Shown: one piece after another, positions 27,293 to 37,461 of the stretch
Layout: every line of letters starts with the position of its first letter
Position numbering within the stretch: position 1 is the first letter of the stretch
Source of the DNA: Spirochaetia bacterium
Lineage (GTDB): Bacteria; Spirochaetota; Spirochaetia; SZUA-6; Bin103
Assembly (NCBI GenBank): GCA_965203055.1
Contig: OZ241863.1
Coordinates: 2,656,001 to 2,720,000, forward strand
DNA length: 64,000 nt
Direction of reading: 5' to 3'
Translations under genes and position numbers: made by a program
The notes under the pieces: model-generated
The model's input: only the letters and a program-made list of their open reading frames with translations
Told to the model about the DNA's origin: nothing
The model's database searches: none

Positions 27293-29284
27293 ATGAAATG
27301 CAAAGCCTTGCCGGGCCTGATCTCGGCGCTGGCGCTGGCGCTGCCGGCGGCCGCGTTCGCGGGCGGCGATTCGGAGCCGGCCGCGGCGGACGAGAGCGGC
27401 GCCGCGGTGATGGAAGCGAGCGGCCAATACCGCGAGTCGCCGCTGCTGGCGCAACTGGTGGCGAACGGCGAACTGCCGCCGGTGGAAGAGCGGCTGCCGG
27501 TGCGCCCGCTGGTGCTGGAGCCGCTGGCCGCGGCCGGCGAGACCATCGGCCGCTACGGCGGAACGTTGACGGTAACCGGGCTCAACCCGAACGGCGACTC
27601 GTTCGGCGCGGAATGGGGCGACGGCGGCGGGTTCCGCAGCGAAGGCCTGGCCTTCTTCGACATCGCCAGCCGCAGCTTCACCCCCGACATCGCCGAATCG
27701 TGGGAGGTGTCGGACGACTTCACCACCATGACCGTGCACCTGCGCGAGGGCGTGCGCTGGTCGGACGGCGAGTTGCTCACCACCGAGGACGTGGAGTTCT
27801 GGTGGAACGACGTGATGCTCAATGAGTCGCTGACCGCCAAGATCCCCAACTACTTCGCGCCCGACGGCAACGTCATGCAGGTCAACGTCATCGACGACTA
27901 CACGTTCAGCTTTGAGTACGCCGCGCCCTATCTGGCGATCGCCGACCAGATGGACCGCCTGACGCCGTGGAGTCCCAAGCACTACATGCAGCGCTGGCAC
28001 GCCGCCTACAACGAGGATGCCGCCAAGGAGGCGGACGCGGAAGGGTTCGCCGAGTGGTTCGAGGCGTTCCTGGCGCGGCAGGACGACAACTGGGGCACGG
28101 TCTACGCCGAGGAGCGCCCGATGTTCGGTCCGTTCGCCCCGGCCAGGCCGGACTCGGTGGGCAACCGCCTGTCGCCGCGCAACCCCTACTACTGGAAGGT
28201 GGACCCCGCCGGCCAGCAACTCCCCTACGTCGATTATTACGAGGTGATTCTGCTCGGCAGCCGTGAGATCCTGGAGGCGAAGGCGATCTCCGGCGAGTTC
28301 AACATGGGCGGCGCCTGGGCCGATCTGGCCAGCTTTCCGCTGCTGGTGGAGAACGCCGACAAGGCCGGCTATACGGTGCGCATGTACCCCGGCCTGCTGT
28401 GGGGCGGCAGCGTGAGCTGGGCCTACAACTACACCAGCAAGGACCCGGTACTGCGCGACATCTTCAACGACCTGCGCTTCCGCCGCGCCCTGTCGCACGC
28501 CATCAACCGCGAGGAGTTCGCCGAGGTGTTCAACCTGGGACTGACCGAGCCGCGCCAGGCGGCGCCGCCGGCCGACTGGAGCTTCTACGACGAATCGTTC
28601 GGGCGCAAGTATCTGGAGTACGACCTGGAGCTGGCCAACCAGCTCCTCGATGAGATGGGGCTGGAGTGGGACGCCAACCGCCGCCACCGGCTGCGCCCCG
28701 ACGGCAAGCCGCTGATCCTCAACACCGAGATCGGCCAGGAGGGGCACCGCCCCGGCGAGTGGGAATTCATCGTCCGCTACTGGTCCAAGGTGGGCGTCGA
28801 GGTGAAGTTCAAGCAGGTGGACCAGGCGCTCTACGCCCAGCACCTGCTGGCCAACGACCTCGACATCGGCACCTGGGGCGCCGGCGGGCCGCCGGAGTCG
28901 GTCAGCCACGCCATCTTTCCGATCCGCCTGGTGCCGCCGTGGCACTGGCGCACCTGCTGCGCGCTTGGCGGCATGGCGTGGCACGACTGGTGGGAGAGCC
29001 GCGGCGAGCTGGGCGAGGAGCCGCCGGCGCAGATCAAGGAGCTATTCGCCATCCTCGACCAATGGCGGGCCGCGGCGATGGGCACCGAGGAGTACCTCGA
29101 GCTCGGCAAGCAGATGGTGCGCATCAACGACGAGAACATCTGGTACAACGTGGTCACCGGTTCGCCGCCGAGCATCAGCCACGCGGTGGTGGTGAGCGCC
29201 ATCGACGAGAGCGTCATGAACGTGCGCGACCCCGACACCGACTCCGGCTGGTGGATCATCGAGATGCTGTGGATTGACCAGTAA
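27293..29284 (+). CDS. ABC transporter substrate-binding protein, family 5 (ESP.LA..V..GELPPVEERLP subtype)
   Basis: AAAGGAG RBS; FAGG signal; RNPYYWKVDPAGQQLPY, FRRALSHAINR. Confidence 0.9.
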   Translation: MKCKALPGLISALALALPAAAFAGGDSEPAAADESGAAVMEASGQYRESPLLAQLVANGELPPVEERLPVRPLVLEPLAAAGETIGRYGGTLTVTGLNPNGDSFGAEWGDGGGFRSEGLAFFDIASRSFTPDIAESWEVSDDFTTMTVHLREGVRWSDGELLTTEDVEFWWNDVMLNESLTAKIPNYFAPDGNVMQVNVIDDYTFSFEYAAPYLAIADQMDRLTPWSPKHYMQRWHAAYNEDAAKEADAEGFAEWFEAFLARQDDNWGTVYAEERPMFGPFAPARPDSVGNRLSPRNPYYWKVDPAGQQLPYVDYYEVILLGSREILEAKAISGEFNMGGAWADLASFPLLVENADKAGYTVRMYPGLLWGGSVSWAYNYTSKDPVLRDIFNDLRFRRALSHAINREEFAEVFNLGLTEPRQAAPPADWSFYDESFGRKYLEYDLELANQLLDEMGLEWDANRRHRLRPDGKPLILNTEIGQEGHRPGEWEFIVRYWSKVGVEVKFKQVDQALYAQHLLANDLDIGTWGAGGPPESVSHAIFPIRLVPPWHWRTCCALGGMAWHDWWESRGELGEEPPAQIKELFAILDQWRAAAMGTEEYLELGKQMVRINDENIWYNVVTGSPPSISHAVVVSAIDESVMNVRDPDTDSGWWIIEMLWIDQ

Positions 29285-29310
29285 TCCGCGGCCGGCCGCG
29301 GAACCGGCGC

Positions 29311-30357
29311 TCAGGAGAACTGCGACCAGTCCCAGATCAGGAACAGCTCGTCGTACTCCCGGCGCCGGAGGGCGGCGTATACCGCCGCCGCGTCCTGCGG
29401 AGCGGCGCGGCGGATCAGGCCGTCCACCGGAATCTTGCCGGCGGCCAGCCATGCGAGGGCCTTTTCGTAGCCGGAGAACACCGTCTGCGGGGCGAGGTTG
29501 TAGTCCCGGTTGTGGCCGCCGTGCGCGAACTCCCGCCGCCGCGGCGGGAGTTCGTACTCCCAGCCGCTACGCAACGTCAGGATCTTGTAGAACACCGCCT
29601 TGAGCAGTTGGTGCGCCGCGATGTCGGTGCGGCGCACCCACGGCGTTCCCACCAGCACCAGCTCGGCGCCCATGCGCACCACCTCGCAGGCAGCGGCGAC
29701 CGCGGCTTCGTGGCCCGAACATTCCACCACCAGCGCCGCCTTGCCGGCGACCGCCGGGTCGCTGACCGGCAGCGCCGGGTAGACCCGGGCGATGCCGGAC
29801 GCCGCGGCCTGCCGCCGGCGCCGCTCCAGCGGGTCGACCGCCACCACTTCGTAGTTCGAGATGCGGAACAGGTGCGCGGCCAGGTACCCTACCGGCCCCA
29901 GTCCGGTGATCACCACCAGATCGCCCGGCCGCGCCGCGGTGGTCATCAACGTGGTCATCGACACGCCCATCAGGCGCGCCAGCAGCGCGGTCGCGGCGTC
30001 CAGGCCGCGCGGCAGCGGGAGGGTCAGGCGAGGCGCGAACCGCTGCGTGCTGCGGTTGCTGCCCTGACAGAACAGCAGGTCGCCGGGCGCGATACCTTCG
30101 ACCTCGGAGCCGGTCCGATCCACCCGCAACACCGCGGCATGCCCCGGGCGCACGGGGAAGGCGCCCGCTCCGGCGCCGGCCAGCGCGGCCAGGGCCGATC
30201 CCGGGCTGTCGATCGACGCCAGCGTGCGCCCGTGGACCTCGCCGCGGCCGAGCGGCGGGTCGGCGTAGCTGCGCAACTCGACCTGGTCCCGGCGCGGAAA
30301 CACGATTTCCCTCGGTGGTACGCGCTCCCGGCCGGCGGCTGGCAGGGATGTCGGCAT
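29311..30357 (-). CDS. Medium-chain dehydrogenase/reductase (alcohol dehydrogenase-like)
   Basis: C-terminal third of the long ORF-track frame; GLGPVG Rossmann motif, VVECSG, LVGTP; ATG 30357. Confidence 0.8.
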   Translation of the reverse strand: MPTSLPAAGRERVPPREIVFPRRDQVELRSYADPPLGRGEVHGRTLASIDSPGSALAALAGAGAGAFPVRPGHAAVLRVDRTGSEVEGIAPGDLLFCQGSNRSTQRFAPRLTLPLPRGLDAATALLARLMGVSMTTLMTTAARPGDLVVITGLGPVGYLAAHLFRISNYEVVAVDPLERRRRQAAASGIARVYPALPVSDPAVAGKAALVVECSGHEAAVAAACEVVRMGAELVLVGTPWVRRTDIAAHQLLKAVFYKILTLRSGWEYELPPRRREFAHGGHNRDYNLAPQTVFSGYEKALAWLAAGKIPVDGLIRRAAPQDAAAVYAALRRREYDELFLIWDWSQFS

Positions 30358-30525
30358 GACGCCAGCGTAGCGTAGCACACGGCCGCCGGTTCTGCCGCTC
30401 CCGGCTGACGGGGCGGACCGGGCTGACTGGCGGCGTTCCTTGACAGGCGGTAGCAGGGTGGTAGGGTGACTCAAACAGCGCGAGTTTCGCGCGGTCCATC
30501 CCGATGGACCAAGGAGGTAATGAGC

Positions 30526-32352
30526 ATGAATCACTCCCTGGCAAGAGCGGCGTTCGTCGCGCTGCTCGTCATCCCGTTGGCCGCGGTTGGATTGTGGGCC
30601 GCGGGCGAAGCGGAGAGCGGTTCCGCGGCGGATATCGACACCGCGCCGGTGTACGGCGGCAACCTGAACATGGCGCAACGGCACGGCGCCTCGCCGCTCG
30701 ACCCGACCGACCTGCAGCGCGACACCGTCGCCTTCGCTGCGTTCTACGACCTCGCGTGGGTGGTAGATTACCTGAAGGGACCGCGCGGCACCGGTGAGGA
30801 GTCGTATCCCAACCACTGGTTCATCGACATCAAGAAGCAGACCAGTCAGCTCATCGAGTCGTGGGAGTTTCCGGACATCGAGAGCGCCGTGTTCCGGGTG
30901 CGCAAGGGCGTTCGCTTCTGGCGCGCCGAGGACGTGGCGCGCCCCAACCCGGCGCTGGCCGACTACTACGGCACCGAGCTCACCGCGCAGACCATGGTCG
31001 ACCGCTGGAACGTGGACGCCGCGGTCGAAGGCGCCGCCGCGGCGGACCGGGACTGGCAGTGGAGCGTGCGCGCGGATGATCCCTGGGTCATCGACGTCAA
31101 GTTCCCGGCGCCCGACGCCACCAACTGGTTCGTGGTTACGGTGAGCCGCATCTCGTGGTCGCATCCGGCAATGCACACCGCCGAGGGCGTCAATCCCAAC
31201 GACTGGCAGGACGCGCTGGGCACCGGTCCGTGGATCCCGACCGACCACGTGCCCGGCGTGACCACCAAGTTGAAGAAGAACCCCAACTACTGGGACGTGG
31301 ACCCGTTCATCCCGGAGAACGCGGTGCCCTACCTGGATACCAAGGTGATGACCCCGACCGCCGACGACCCGGCCATCACCATCGCCGCGCTGCGCAGCGG
31401 CCAGCTCGACGTGTTCGGGTTCCACGGCCTGCAGCCGGAGGACGTGGCGGCGCTGGAGCGGACCACCCCCGAGCTCGGGCACGTCCCGCAAGGGTCGCTG
31501 CTGCGCGGCTACAACGTGAACCTCAACATTCCCGGCAGCCCGTGGGCGGACCGGCGCGTGCGCTACGCCGCCATGCTGGCGGTCAATCAACAGGAGATGG
31601 TCGACTCGTTCTACTACGGGCTCGCCTATCCCGGCGGCTACCCGGCGCAGTCGCTGCACGGCGACAACTTCATCGGCTACGAGAAGTTGAAGGCCATGGG
31701 GCGCGGCGACCTCGCGGAGCTGTACGAGTACCACCCGGACAAGGCGCGGGCGCTGCTGGCCGAGGCCGGCTATCCGGACGGCTTCGACACCACCATCCTG
31801 GCGATGCACTCGGTGGCCGAGGACGTCGAGCTGTTCGCCGGCTACCTCCGGGAAGTGGGCATCAACGCCGAGCTGGACCTGATGGAGTCGGCCGCCTACT
31901 ACTCCGCCTCGCTGGGCCCGAACCCCGACCCGCGCTTCACCGGGCTGACCTTCATCGATGCCGGGGCGCCGCAGATCGGCCTGATGGGCACGATGAACTT
32001 CCACCACGACCCGCGCGCTTCGCTGGTGTGGTACGGCAACCCGCTGGGCGAGCACGTCACGCCGGAGAACCGCGCCGCGGCGGAGCGGCAGATGGAGCTG
32101 ATCGACGCCGCCAAGACCGCGCGCGACCCGGAGACCTACCGCCGGCGGTGGACCGAGCTGTACCTGCACACCCTGGAGGAAGCGTGGCACATCTCCGGCG
32201 TCACGGTGGAGAATCACGTCTATTGGCAGCCATGGGTGAAGGGCTTCGGCGGCGCCGTGGGCGACCTGAGTTCGCAGGCCAACATCAGCAAGTGGTGGTG
32301 GGTCGACTGCAACGCGAAGCGGTCGAGCAGCGGACGCGCCTGCGCCGACTGA
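30526..32352 (+). CDS. ABC transporter substrate-binding protein, family 5
   Basis: AAGGAGG RBS; GLWAAGEAE signal; LGTGPW, KNPNYW, YHPDKARALLAEAGYPDG. Confidence 0.88.
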   Translation: MNHSLARAAFVALLVIPLAAVGLWAAGEAESGSAADIDTAPVYGGNLNMAQRHGASPLDPTDLQRDTVAFAAFYDLAWVVDYLKGPRGTGEESYPNHWFIDIKKQTSQLIESWEFPDIESAVFRVRKGVRFWRAEDVARPNPALADYYGTELTAQTMVDRWNVDAAVEGAAAADRDWQWSVRADDPWVIDVKFPAPDATNWFVVTVSRISWSHPAMHTAEGVNPNDWQDALGTGPWIPTDHVPGVTTKLKKNPNYWDVDPFIPENAVPYLDTKVMTPTADDPAITIAALRSGQLDVFGFHGLQPEDVAALERTTPELGHVPQGSLLRGYNVNLNIPGSPWADRRVRYAAMLAVNQQEMVDSFYYGLAYPGGYPAQSLHGDNFIGYEKLKAMGRGDLAELYEYHPDKARALLAEAGYPDGFDTTILAMHSVAEDVELFAGYLREVGINAELDLMESAAYYSASLGPNPDPRFTGLTFIDAGAPQIGLMGTMNFHHDPRASLVWYGNPLGEHVTPENRAAAERQMELIDAAKTARDPETYRRRWTELYLHTLEEAWHISGVTVENHVYWQPWVKGFGGAVGDLSSQANISKWWWVDCNAKRSSSGRACAD

Positions 32353-32376
32353 CGGCGGCGGCCGATCGCTGACCTG

Positions 32377-32417
32377 CGGTAACGGGAGGCCGACCCGGGC
32401 GCGGCCTCCCGTTGCCG
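32377..32417 (+). other. Intercistronic stem-loop after the SBP gene
   Basis: CGGTAACGGGAGGCCG / CGGCCTCCCGTTGCCG 16-bp stem (one G-U), no U tract. Confidence 0.6.
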
Positions 32418-32433
32418 GCCAGGCAGGACATAC

Positions 32434-33390
32434 ATGCTGGCCTACCTCGTTCGGCGGCTGCTGCTGATCGTTCCCACCCTGCTGCTCATCACCGTGATCG
32501 TGTTCGCCGGACTGCGGTTCGTTCCCGGCGACGCGGTCGACATCATGGTGACGCTCACCAGCTACAAGACCGGCGACGAGGATCCGCGCGTGGTGTTGCG
32601 GCGCGAGCTGGGGCTGGATCAGCCGATCCACGTCCAGTACGGCCGCTGGCTGGCGGGCGTGGCACGCGGCGACCTGGGCACCTCGTTCTGGTCCAAGCTG
32701 CCGGTGACGCAGCAGATCGTGATCGGGCTTCCGGTCTCGCTGGAAGTAGGCGCGCTGGCGCTGGTATTCTCGCTGCTGCTCGCGCTGCCGGTGGCGATCT
32801 ATTCCGGCATCCGGCCGGACAGCGTTACCGACCAGGCGCTGCGCGCCGTCGCCATTACCTTCATCTGCATTCCGAGCTTCTGGATCGGTACCATGGTGCT
32901 GATCTATCCGCCGATCTGGTGGGGATGGGCGCCGCGCCTGTCGTGGATTCCGTTCACCGCCAATCCGGTGGCGCACACGATCATGGTGGTGATTCCGGCC
33001 TTCATCCTCGGGATGTGGCTGTCCGGGATCACCATGCGGCTGACGCGCAATATGATGCTGGAGGTGTTGCGGCAGGACTACATCAGGACCGCCTGGGCGA
33101 AGGGGCTGAAGGAACGGCTGGTGATCGCGCGCCACGCGTTGAAGAATGCGCTCATCCCGGTGCTGACGATGATCGGGCTGCAACTTCCGGTGCTGGTGGG
33201 CGGCGCGGTGGTGGTGGAGTCGATCTTCAATCTTCCGGGGATTGGCGGCATCATGGTGCAGGCGATGGAGAAGCGCGACTATGCAATCGTCTCGGGCCTG
33301 AACCTGATCGCGGCCACGTTCATCCTGTTCGTGAATCTGATCATCGACCTCAGCTACGCGTGGCTCGACCCGCGCATTCGCTACCGGTGA
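32434..33390 (+). CDS. Peptide/nickel ABC permease (DppB-like)
   Basis: YLVRRLL, GDLGTS, QDYIRTAWAKGL, HALKNAL, LDPRI. Confidence 0.9.
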   Translation: MLAYLVRRLLLIVPTLLLITVIVFAGLRFVPGDAVDIMVTLTSYKTGDEDPRVVLRRELGLDQPIHVQYGRWLAGVARGDLGTSFWSKLPVTQQIVIGLPVSLEVGALALVFSLLLALPVAIYSGIRPDSVTDQALRAVAITFICIPSFWIGTMVLIYPPIWWGWAPRLSWIPFTANPVAHTIMVVIPAFILGMWLSGITMRLTRNMMLEVLRQDYIRTAWAKGLKERLVIARHALKNALIPVLTMIGLQLPVLVGGAVVVESIFNLPGIGGIMVQAMEKRDYAIVSGLNLIAATFILFVNLIIDLSYAWLDPRIRYR

Positions 33391-34337
33391 GCGTGGCTTC
33401 GACCGGCGAATCGGAACGAGTCGCCGGCGCGGCGGCGGCGCGGCGCGGACTCGCCCTCTTCTTCAAGCGGTTGTTCAAGGAAAAGCCGGCCGGCGCCGCG
33501 GGCCTGATCGTGGTGCTGCTGTTCTTCCTGACCGGGGTGTTCGCGCACCGGTTGGCGCCGCACGACTACGCCGACCAGGACGTGCCCCGGCGCCTGGAGG
33601 GACCGTCCGCCGAGTTCCTGCTCGGCACCGATCAGTTCGGCCGCGACTCGCTGAGCCGCATCATCCACGGCGCCCGCATCTCGATGGTCGTCGGCCTGCT
33701 GGCGAGCGCCTTCACCGTCACCACCGCCACCCTGCTCGGCGTGATCTCCGGCTACTGGGGCGGCACGTTCGATCTGATGCTGCAGCGCCTGGTCGACGCG
33801 GTGATGAGCTTTCCGTGGCTGTTCCTGGTGCTGACGGCGATGCTGCTGCTCGGACCGAGCATCCTGTCGATCGCGGTGGTGATCGGCGTGCCATGGGGAA
33901 TCGCCAACGTGCGCACCATTCGCAGCGTGGTGCTGAGCGTCAGGGAAGACGCCTACGTCGTGGCGGCGCGCGCCACCGGCGCCCGGCCGCGGCGCATCCT
34001 CGCCCGGCACGTGCTGCCGCAGACCATCGCCCCGAACATCATTCTGTTCACCGTCACGCTCGGCTCGGCGATCATCGGCGAGGCGACGGTGAGCTTCCTC
34101 GGGTTCGGGATTCCGCCGCCGCAACCGACCTGGGGCGGCATGCTCAGCGCGGAGGGCCGCAAGTACCTGGAGGCGGCGCCGGCGCTGGCCCTGTGGCCGG
34201 GATTGTGCCTGGCGATCGTGGTATTCGCCATCAACATCTTCGGCGATGCCCTGCGCGATCTGCTCGACCCGCGCCTGCGCGGCGGCGCCGGCCGGTTCGA
34301 CCATGCCCGCGGCGGCGCGGCGGGCGCGCAGCAGTGA
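33387..34337 (+). CDS. Peptide/nickel ABC permease (DppC-like)
   Basis: LGTDQFGRD, EATVSFLGFG, GDALRDLLDP. Confidence 0.9.
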   Translation: MSVASTGESERVAGAAAARRGLALFFKRLFKEKPAGAAGLIVVLLFFLTGVFAHRLAPHDYADQDVPRRLEGPSAEFLLGTDQFGRDSLSRIIHGARISMVVGLLASAFTVTTATLLGVISGYWGGTFDLMLQRLVDAVMSFPWLFLVLTAMLLLGPSILSIAVVIGVPWGIANVRTIRSVVLSVREDAYVVAARATGARPRRILARHVLPQTIAPNIILFTVTLGSAIIGEATVSFLGFGIPPPQPTWGGMLSAEGRKYLEAAPALALWPGLCLAIVVFAINIFGDALRDLLDPRLRGGAGRFDHARGGAAGAQQ

Positions 34338-35401
34338 GCGGCCGCGGTGGTGGCAGCGGCGCGGCGGGCGCCGGCGTTCTGCTGGAGGTCAGGAACCTCA
34401 AGACCCACTTCAAGCTGCGCCAGGGGATCGTGCGTTCGGTCGACGGCGTGGACCTGACCATCTACCGCGGCCGGACGCTGGGCGTGGTGGGCGAGAGCGG
34501 CTGCGGCAAGAGCGTCACCGCGCAGTCGATCCTGCGCATCGTGCCCCGTCCCGGGGCGATCGTCGGCGGGCAGATCCTGCTGCATGACAAGGCGGGCGGC
34601 GAGGCGGTCGATCTGGCGGCGCTGCCGCCCAAGGGCCAGCGCATCCGCGAGGTGCGCGGGGGCGAGATCGGCATGATCTTTCAGGAGCCGATGGCGTCGC
34701 TGAGCCCGGTGCACAGCGTCGGCAACCAGATCATCGAGATGGCGCTGCTGCACCGCTCCGGCGGCAAGGATGCGGCGCGCGCCGCGGTGCTCGACATGCT
34801 GAATCGGGTCGGCTTCTCCGCGCCGGCGCGCACCTTCGACGCCTACCCGCATCAACTGAGCGGCGGCATGCGCCAGCGCGCCGTGATCGCCATGGCGCTG
34901 GTCGGGCGTCCCAGTCTGCTGATCGCCGACGAACCCACCACCGCCCTCGACGTCACCACCGAGGCGCAGATCCTGCGTTTGCTGCGCCGCCTGCAGGCCG
35001 AGCTGGGCATGGCGATCATGTTCATCACCCACGATCTGGGCGTGATCGCAAGGATGGCCGACCACGCCGCGGTGATGTATCTGGGCAAGGTGGTGGAACA
35101 CTCCGACGTGGACTCCCTGTTCTACGATCCCCGGCACCCCTACCTGCGCGCCCTGCTCGCCTCGGTGCCGCGCTTCGGCGGCCGCGCGCAGGCGCGGCTG
35201 CAGTCGATCGAGGGCATGGTTCCCGATCCCTTCCACCTGCCGGCGGGCTGCCCGTTTCATCCCCGCTGCCCGGAGTCGATCGCCGGCCGGTGCGAGACCG
35301 AGGCGCCGGTGTACCGCCCGCTGCCGGCGGCGCCGCAGCGCGGCGCCGCCTGTCATCTGCAGGCGGCCGCCGAGGCCGCGGCGCCGGGCGCGGCGCGATG
35401 A
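34334..35401 (+). CDS. Peptide ABC transporter ATP-binding protein (DppD-like)
   Basis: [35 protein letters not shown]. Confidence 0.93.
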   Translation: MSGRGGGSGAAGAGVLLEVRNLKTHFKLRQGIVRSVDGVDLTIYRGRTLGVVGESGCGKSVTAQSILRIVPRPGAIVGGQILLHDKAGGEAVDLAALPPKGQRIREVRGGEIGMIFQEPMASLSPVHSVGNQIIEMALLHRSGGKDAARAAVLDMLNRVGFSAPARTFDAYPHQLSGGMRQRAVIAMALVGRPSLLIADEPTTALDVTTEAQILRLLRRLQAELGMAIMFITHDLGVIARMADHAAVMYLGKVVEHSDVDSLFYDPRHPYLRALLASVPRFGGRAQARLQSIEGMVPDPFHLPAGCPFHPRCPESIAGRCETEAPVYRPLPAAPQRGAACHLQAAAEAAAPGAAR

Positions 35402-36456
35402 GCGCCGCGCCCGCGCCGGACGGCCTGCTGCTGAAGGTGAGCGGCCTGCGCAAGCACTTTCCGATTCGACGCGGCCTGTTCGGGCGCAGCGCGGGGCAGG
35501 TGAAGGCGGTCGACGGCGTCGACTTCGCGATCCGCAAGGGGGAGACCCTCGGACTGGTTGGGGAAAGCGGCTGCGGCAAGTCCACCACCGGGCGCTGCCT
35601 GCTGCGCGGCCACGACCTGACCGGCGGCGAGATCTGGTTCGACGACCAGGACCTGGGTTGGGTCGACGTGTTTCGCCTCGACCGCGCCCAGCTCAAGGTG
35701 TTCCGGCGCCACGCGCAGATGATCCTGCAAGACCCGTTTCACTCCCTCAACCCGCGCATGACGCTGCTCGACATCGTCGGCGAGGGGTTGACCATCGCCG
35801 GCGTCAGGGGGCAGGAGCGCAGCGACCGGGTGGCGGCCGCGCTGGAGGTGGTCGGCCTGCGGCGCGAGTACCTGAGCCGCTATCCGCACGCGTTCTCCGG
35901 CGGCCAGCGGCAGCGCATCGGCATCGCCCGAGCGCTGGCGCTCAACCCGCAGTTCGTGGTGTGCGACGAGCCGGTGTCGGCGCTCGACGTGTCGATCCAG
36001 GCGCAGATCCTCAACCTGCTGCAGGACCTGCAGGACCGGTTCCAGCTCACCTACCTGTTCGTCGCCCACCAGCTCAACGTGGTGCAGCACATCTGCGACC
36101 GGGTCGCGGTGATGTACGTCGGGCGCGTGGTGGAGGTAGCCGACACGCAGACCCTGTTTCGGAACCCGCGCCATCCCTACACCGAGGCGCTGCTGTCGGC
36201 GGTGCCGCAGCCGGACCCGCGCCACCGGTCGGCGGAGATCGTGCTGCGCGGCGAGGTGGCCAACCCGGCCGCGCCGCCCGGCGGCTGTTACTTTCACCCG
36301 CGCTGCAACTACACTGCCGAGCAGTGTTCCACGCTGGCGCCGGCGCTGGAAGCGCTCCCGGCCCTTGAAGCGCTTCCGGCGCCGGAAGGGGTTGCCCCGG
36401 AGCACTCCGTGCGCTGCCACCGGGCGGCGGAACTGACCCTGGCGGGAGTCGATTGA
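35398..36456 (+). CDS. Peptide ABC transporter ATP-binding protein (DppF-like)
   Basis: [41 protein letters not shown]. Confidence 0.93.
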   Translation: MSAAPAPDGLLLKVSGLRKHFPIRRGLFGRSAGQVKAVDGVDFAIRKGETLGLVGESGCGKSTTGRCLLRGHDLTGGEIWFDDQDLGWVDVFRLDRAQLKVFRRHAQMILQDPFHSLNPRMTLLDIVGEGLTIAGVRGQERSDRVAAALEVVGLRREYLSRYPHAFSGGQRQRIGIARALALNPQFVVCDEPVSALDVSIQAQILNLLQDLQDRFQLTYLFVAHQLNVVQHICDRVAVMYVGRVVEVADTQTLFRNPRHPYTEALLSAVPQPDPRHRSAEIVLRGEVANPAAPPGGCYFHPRCNYTAEQCSTLAPALEALPALEALPAPEGVAPEHSVRCHRAAELTLAGVD

Positions 36457-37445
36457 TGGGCGCCTACGTGATTCGGCGGCTGCTGCTGTTCGTACCGATG
36501 CTGGTCGCGATCAGCGTGCTCGCCTTCGTACTGATCCAGCTCCCGCCGGGGGATTACCTGACCAGCGAGATCATGGCGATGGCCGAGCGCGGCGAAGAGG
36601 TGGACGAGGCGGTGATCGCGGCGCTGAAGCTGCGCTACGGGCTCGACCGCCCGCTGGTGCAGCAGTACTTCCGCTGGATCACCAACATCGTGTTCGAGGG
36701 CGACTTCGGGCGCTCCTTCCACTGGAAGCAGCCGGTGTCGGCGCTGATCTGGGAGCGGCTGCTGTGGACGATCGTGATCTCCTTCGGCAGCCTCCTGTTC
36801 ACCTGGGCGGTGGCGTTCCCGATCGGCATCTACGCGGCCACCAATCAATACTCGATCGCCGATTACCTGTTCACCTTCTTCGGATTCCTCGGCAAGGCCA
36901 CCCCCAACTTCCTGCTGGCGCTGGTGCTGATGTGGCTCGGCTACGTCTACTTCGACTTCAACATGGGCGGCCTGTTCTCGGCGCAGTACCAGAACGCTCC
37001 CTGGAGCCTGGCCAAGCTGGGCGACCTGCTCAGCCACCTCTGGGTGCCGCTGGTGGTGCTGGGAACCGCCGGCACCGCCGACCTGATCCGAACCCTGCGC
37101 GCCAACCTGCTCGACGAGCTGGCCAAGCCCTACGTCACCGCGGCCCGCGCCAAGGGTCTCACCGAACTCAAGCTGATCGCCAAGTACCCGGTGCGCATCG
37201 CCATCAACCCGTTCGTCAGCAGCATCGGCGGCGTGCTGCCGGAGCTGATCTCGGGCGCCGCCATCGTGTCGGTGGTGCTGAGCCTGCCCACCACCGGGCC
37301 GCTGATGCTCAACGCGCTGTTGACGCAGGACATGTTCCTGGCCGGGAGCTTCCTGATGATGCTCACCGCGCTGTCGCTGATCGGCACGCTGCTGTCGGAC
37401 ATCCTGCTGGCGGTGCTGGATCCGCGCATCCGCCAGACGGTGTAG
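36456..37445 (+). CDS. Peptide-family ABC permease (second DppB-like)
   Basis: IQLPPGDY, RANLLDEL.KPYV..ARAKGL, LPTTGP, QDMFLAG. Confidence 0.9.
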   Translation: MGAYVIRRLLLFVPMLVAISVLAFVLIQLPPGDYLTSEIMAMAERGEEVDEAVIAALKLRYGLDRPLVQQYFRWITNIVFEGDFGRSFHWKQPVSALIWERLLWTIVISFGSLLFTWAVAFPIGIYAATNQYSIADYLFTFFGFLGKATPNFLLALVLMWLGYVYFDFNMGGLFSAQYQNAPWSLAKLGDLLSHLWVPLVVLGTAGTADLIRTLRANLLDELAKPYVTAARAKGLTELKLIAKYPVRIAINPFVSSIGGVLPELISGAAIVSVVLSLPTTGPLMLNALLTQDMFLAGSFLMMLTALSLIGTLLSDILLAVLDPRIRQTV

Positions 37446-37461
37446 GAGAGGATCAGCGCGC

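Noticed and set aside
29311..33183. 1290-aa minus-strand ORF
   Set aside because: Only 29311-30357 is a real MDR gene. The rest is the antisense shadow of the SBP and permease genes, a common high-GC artefact.
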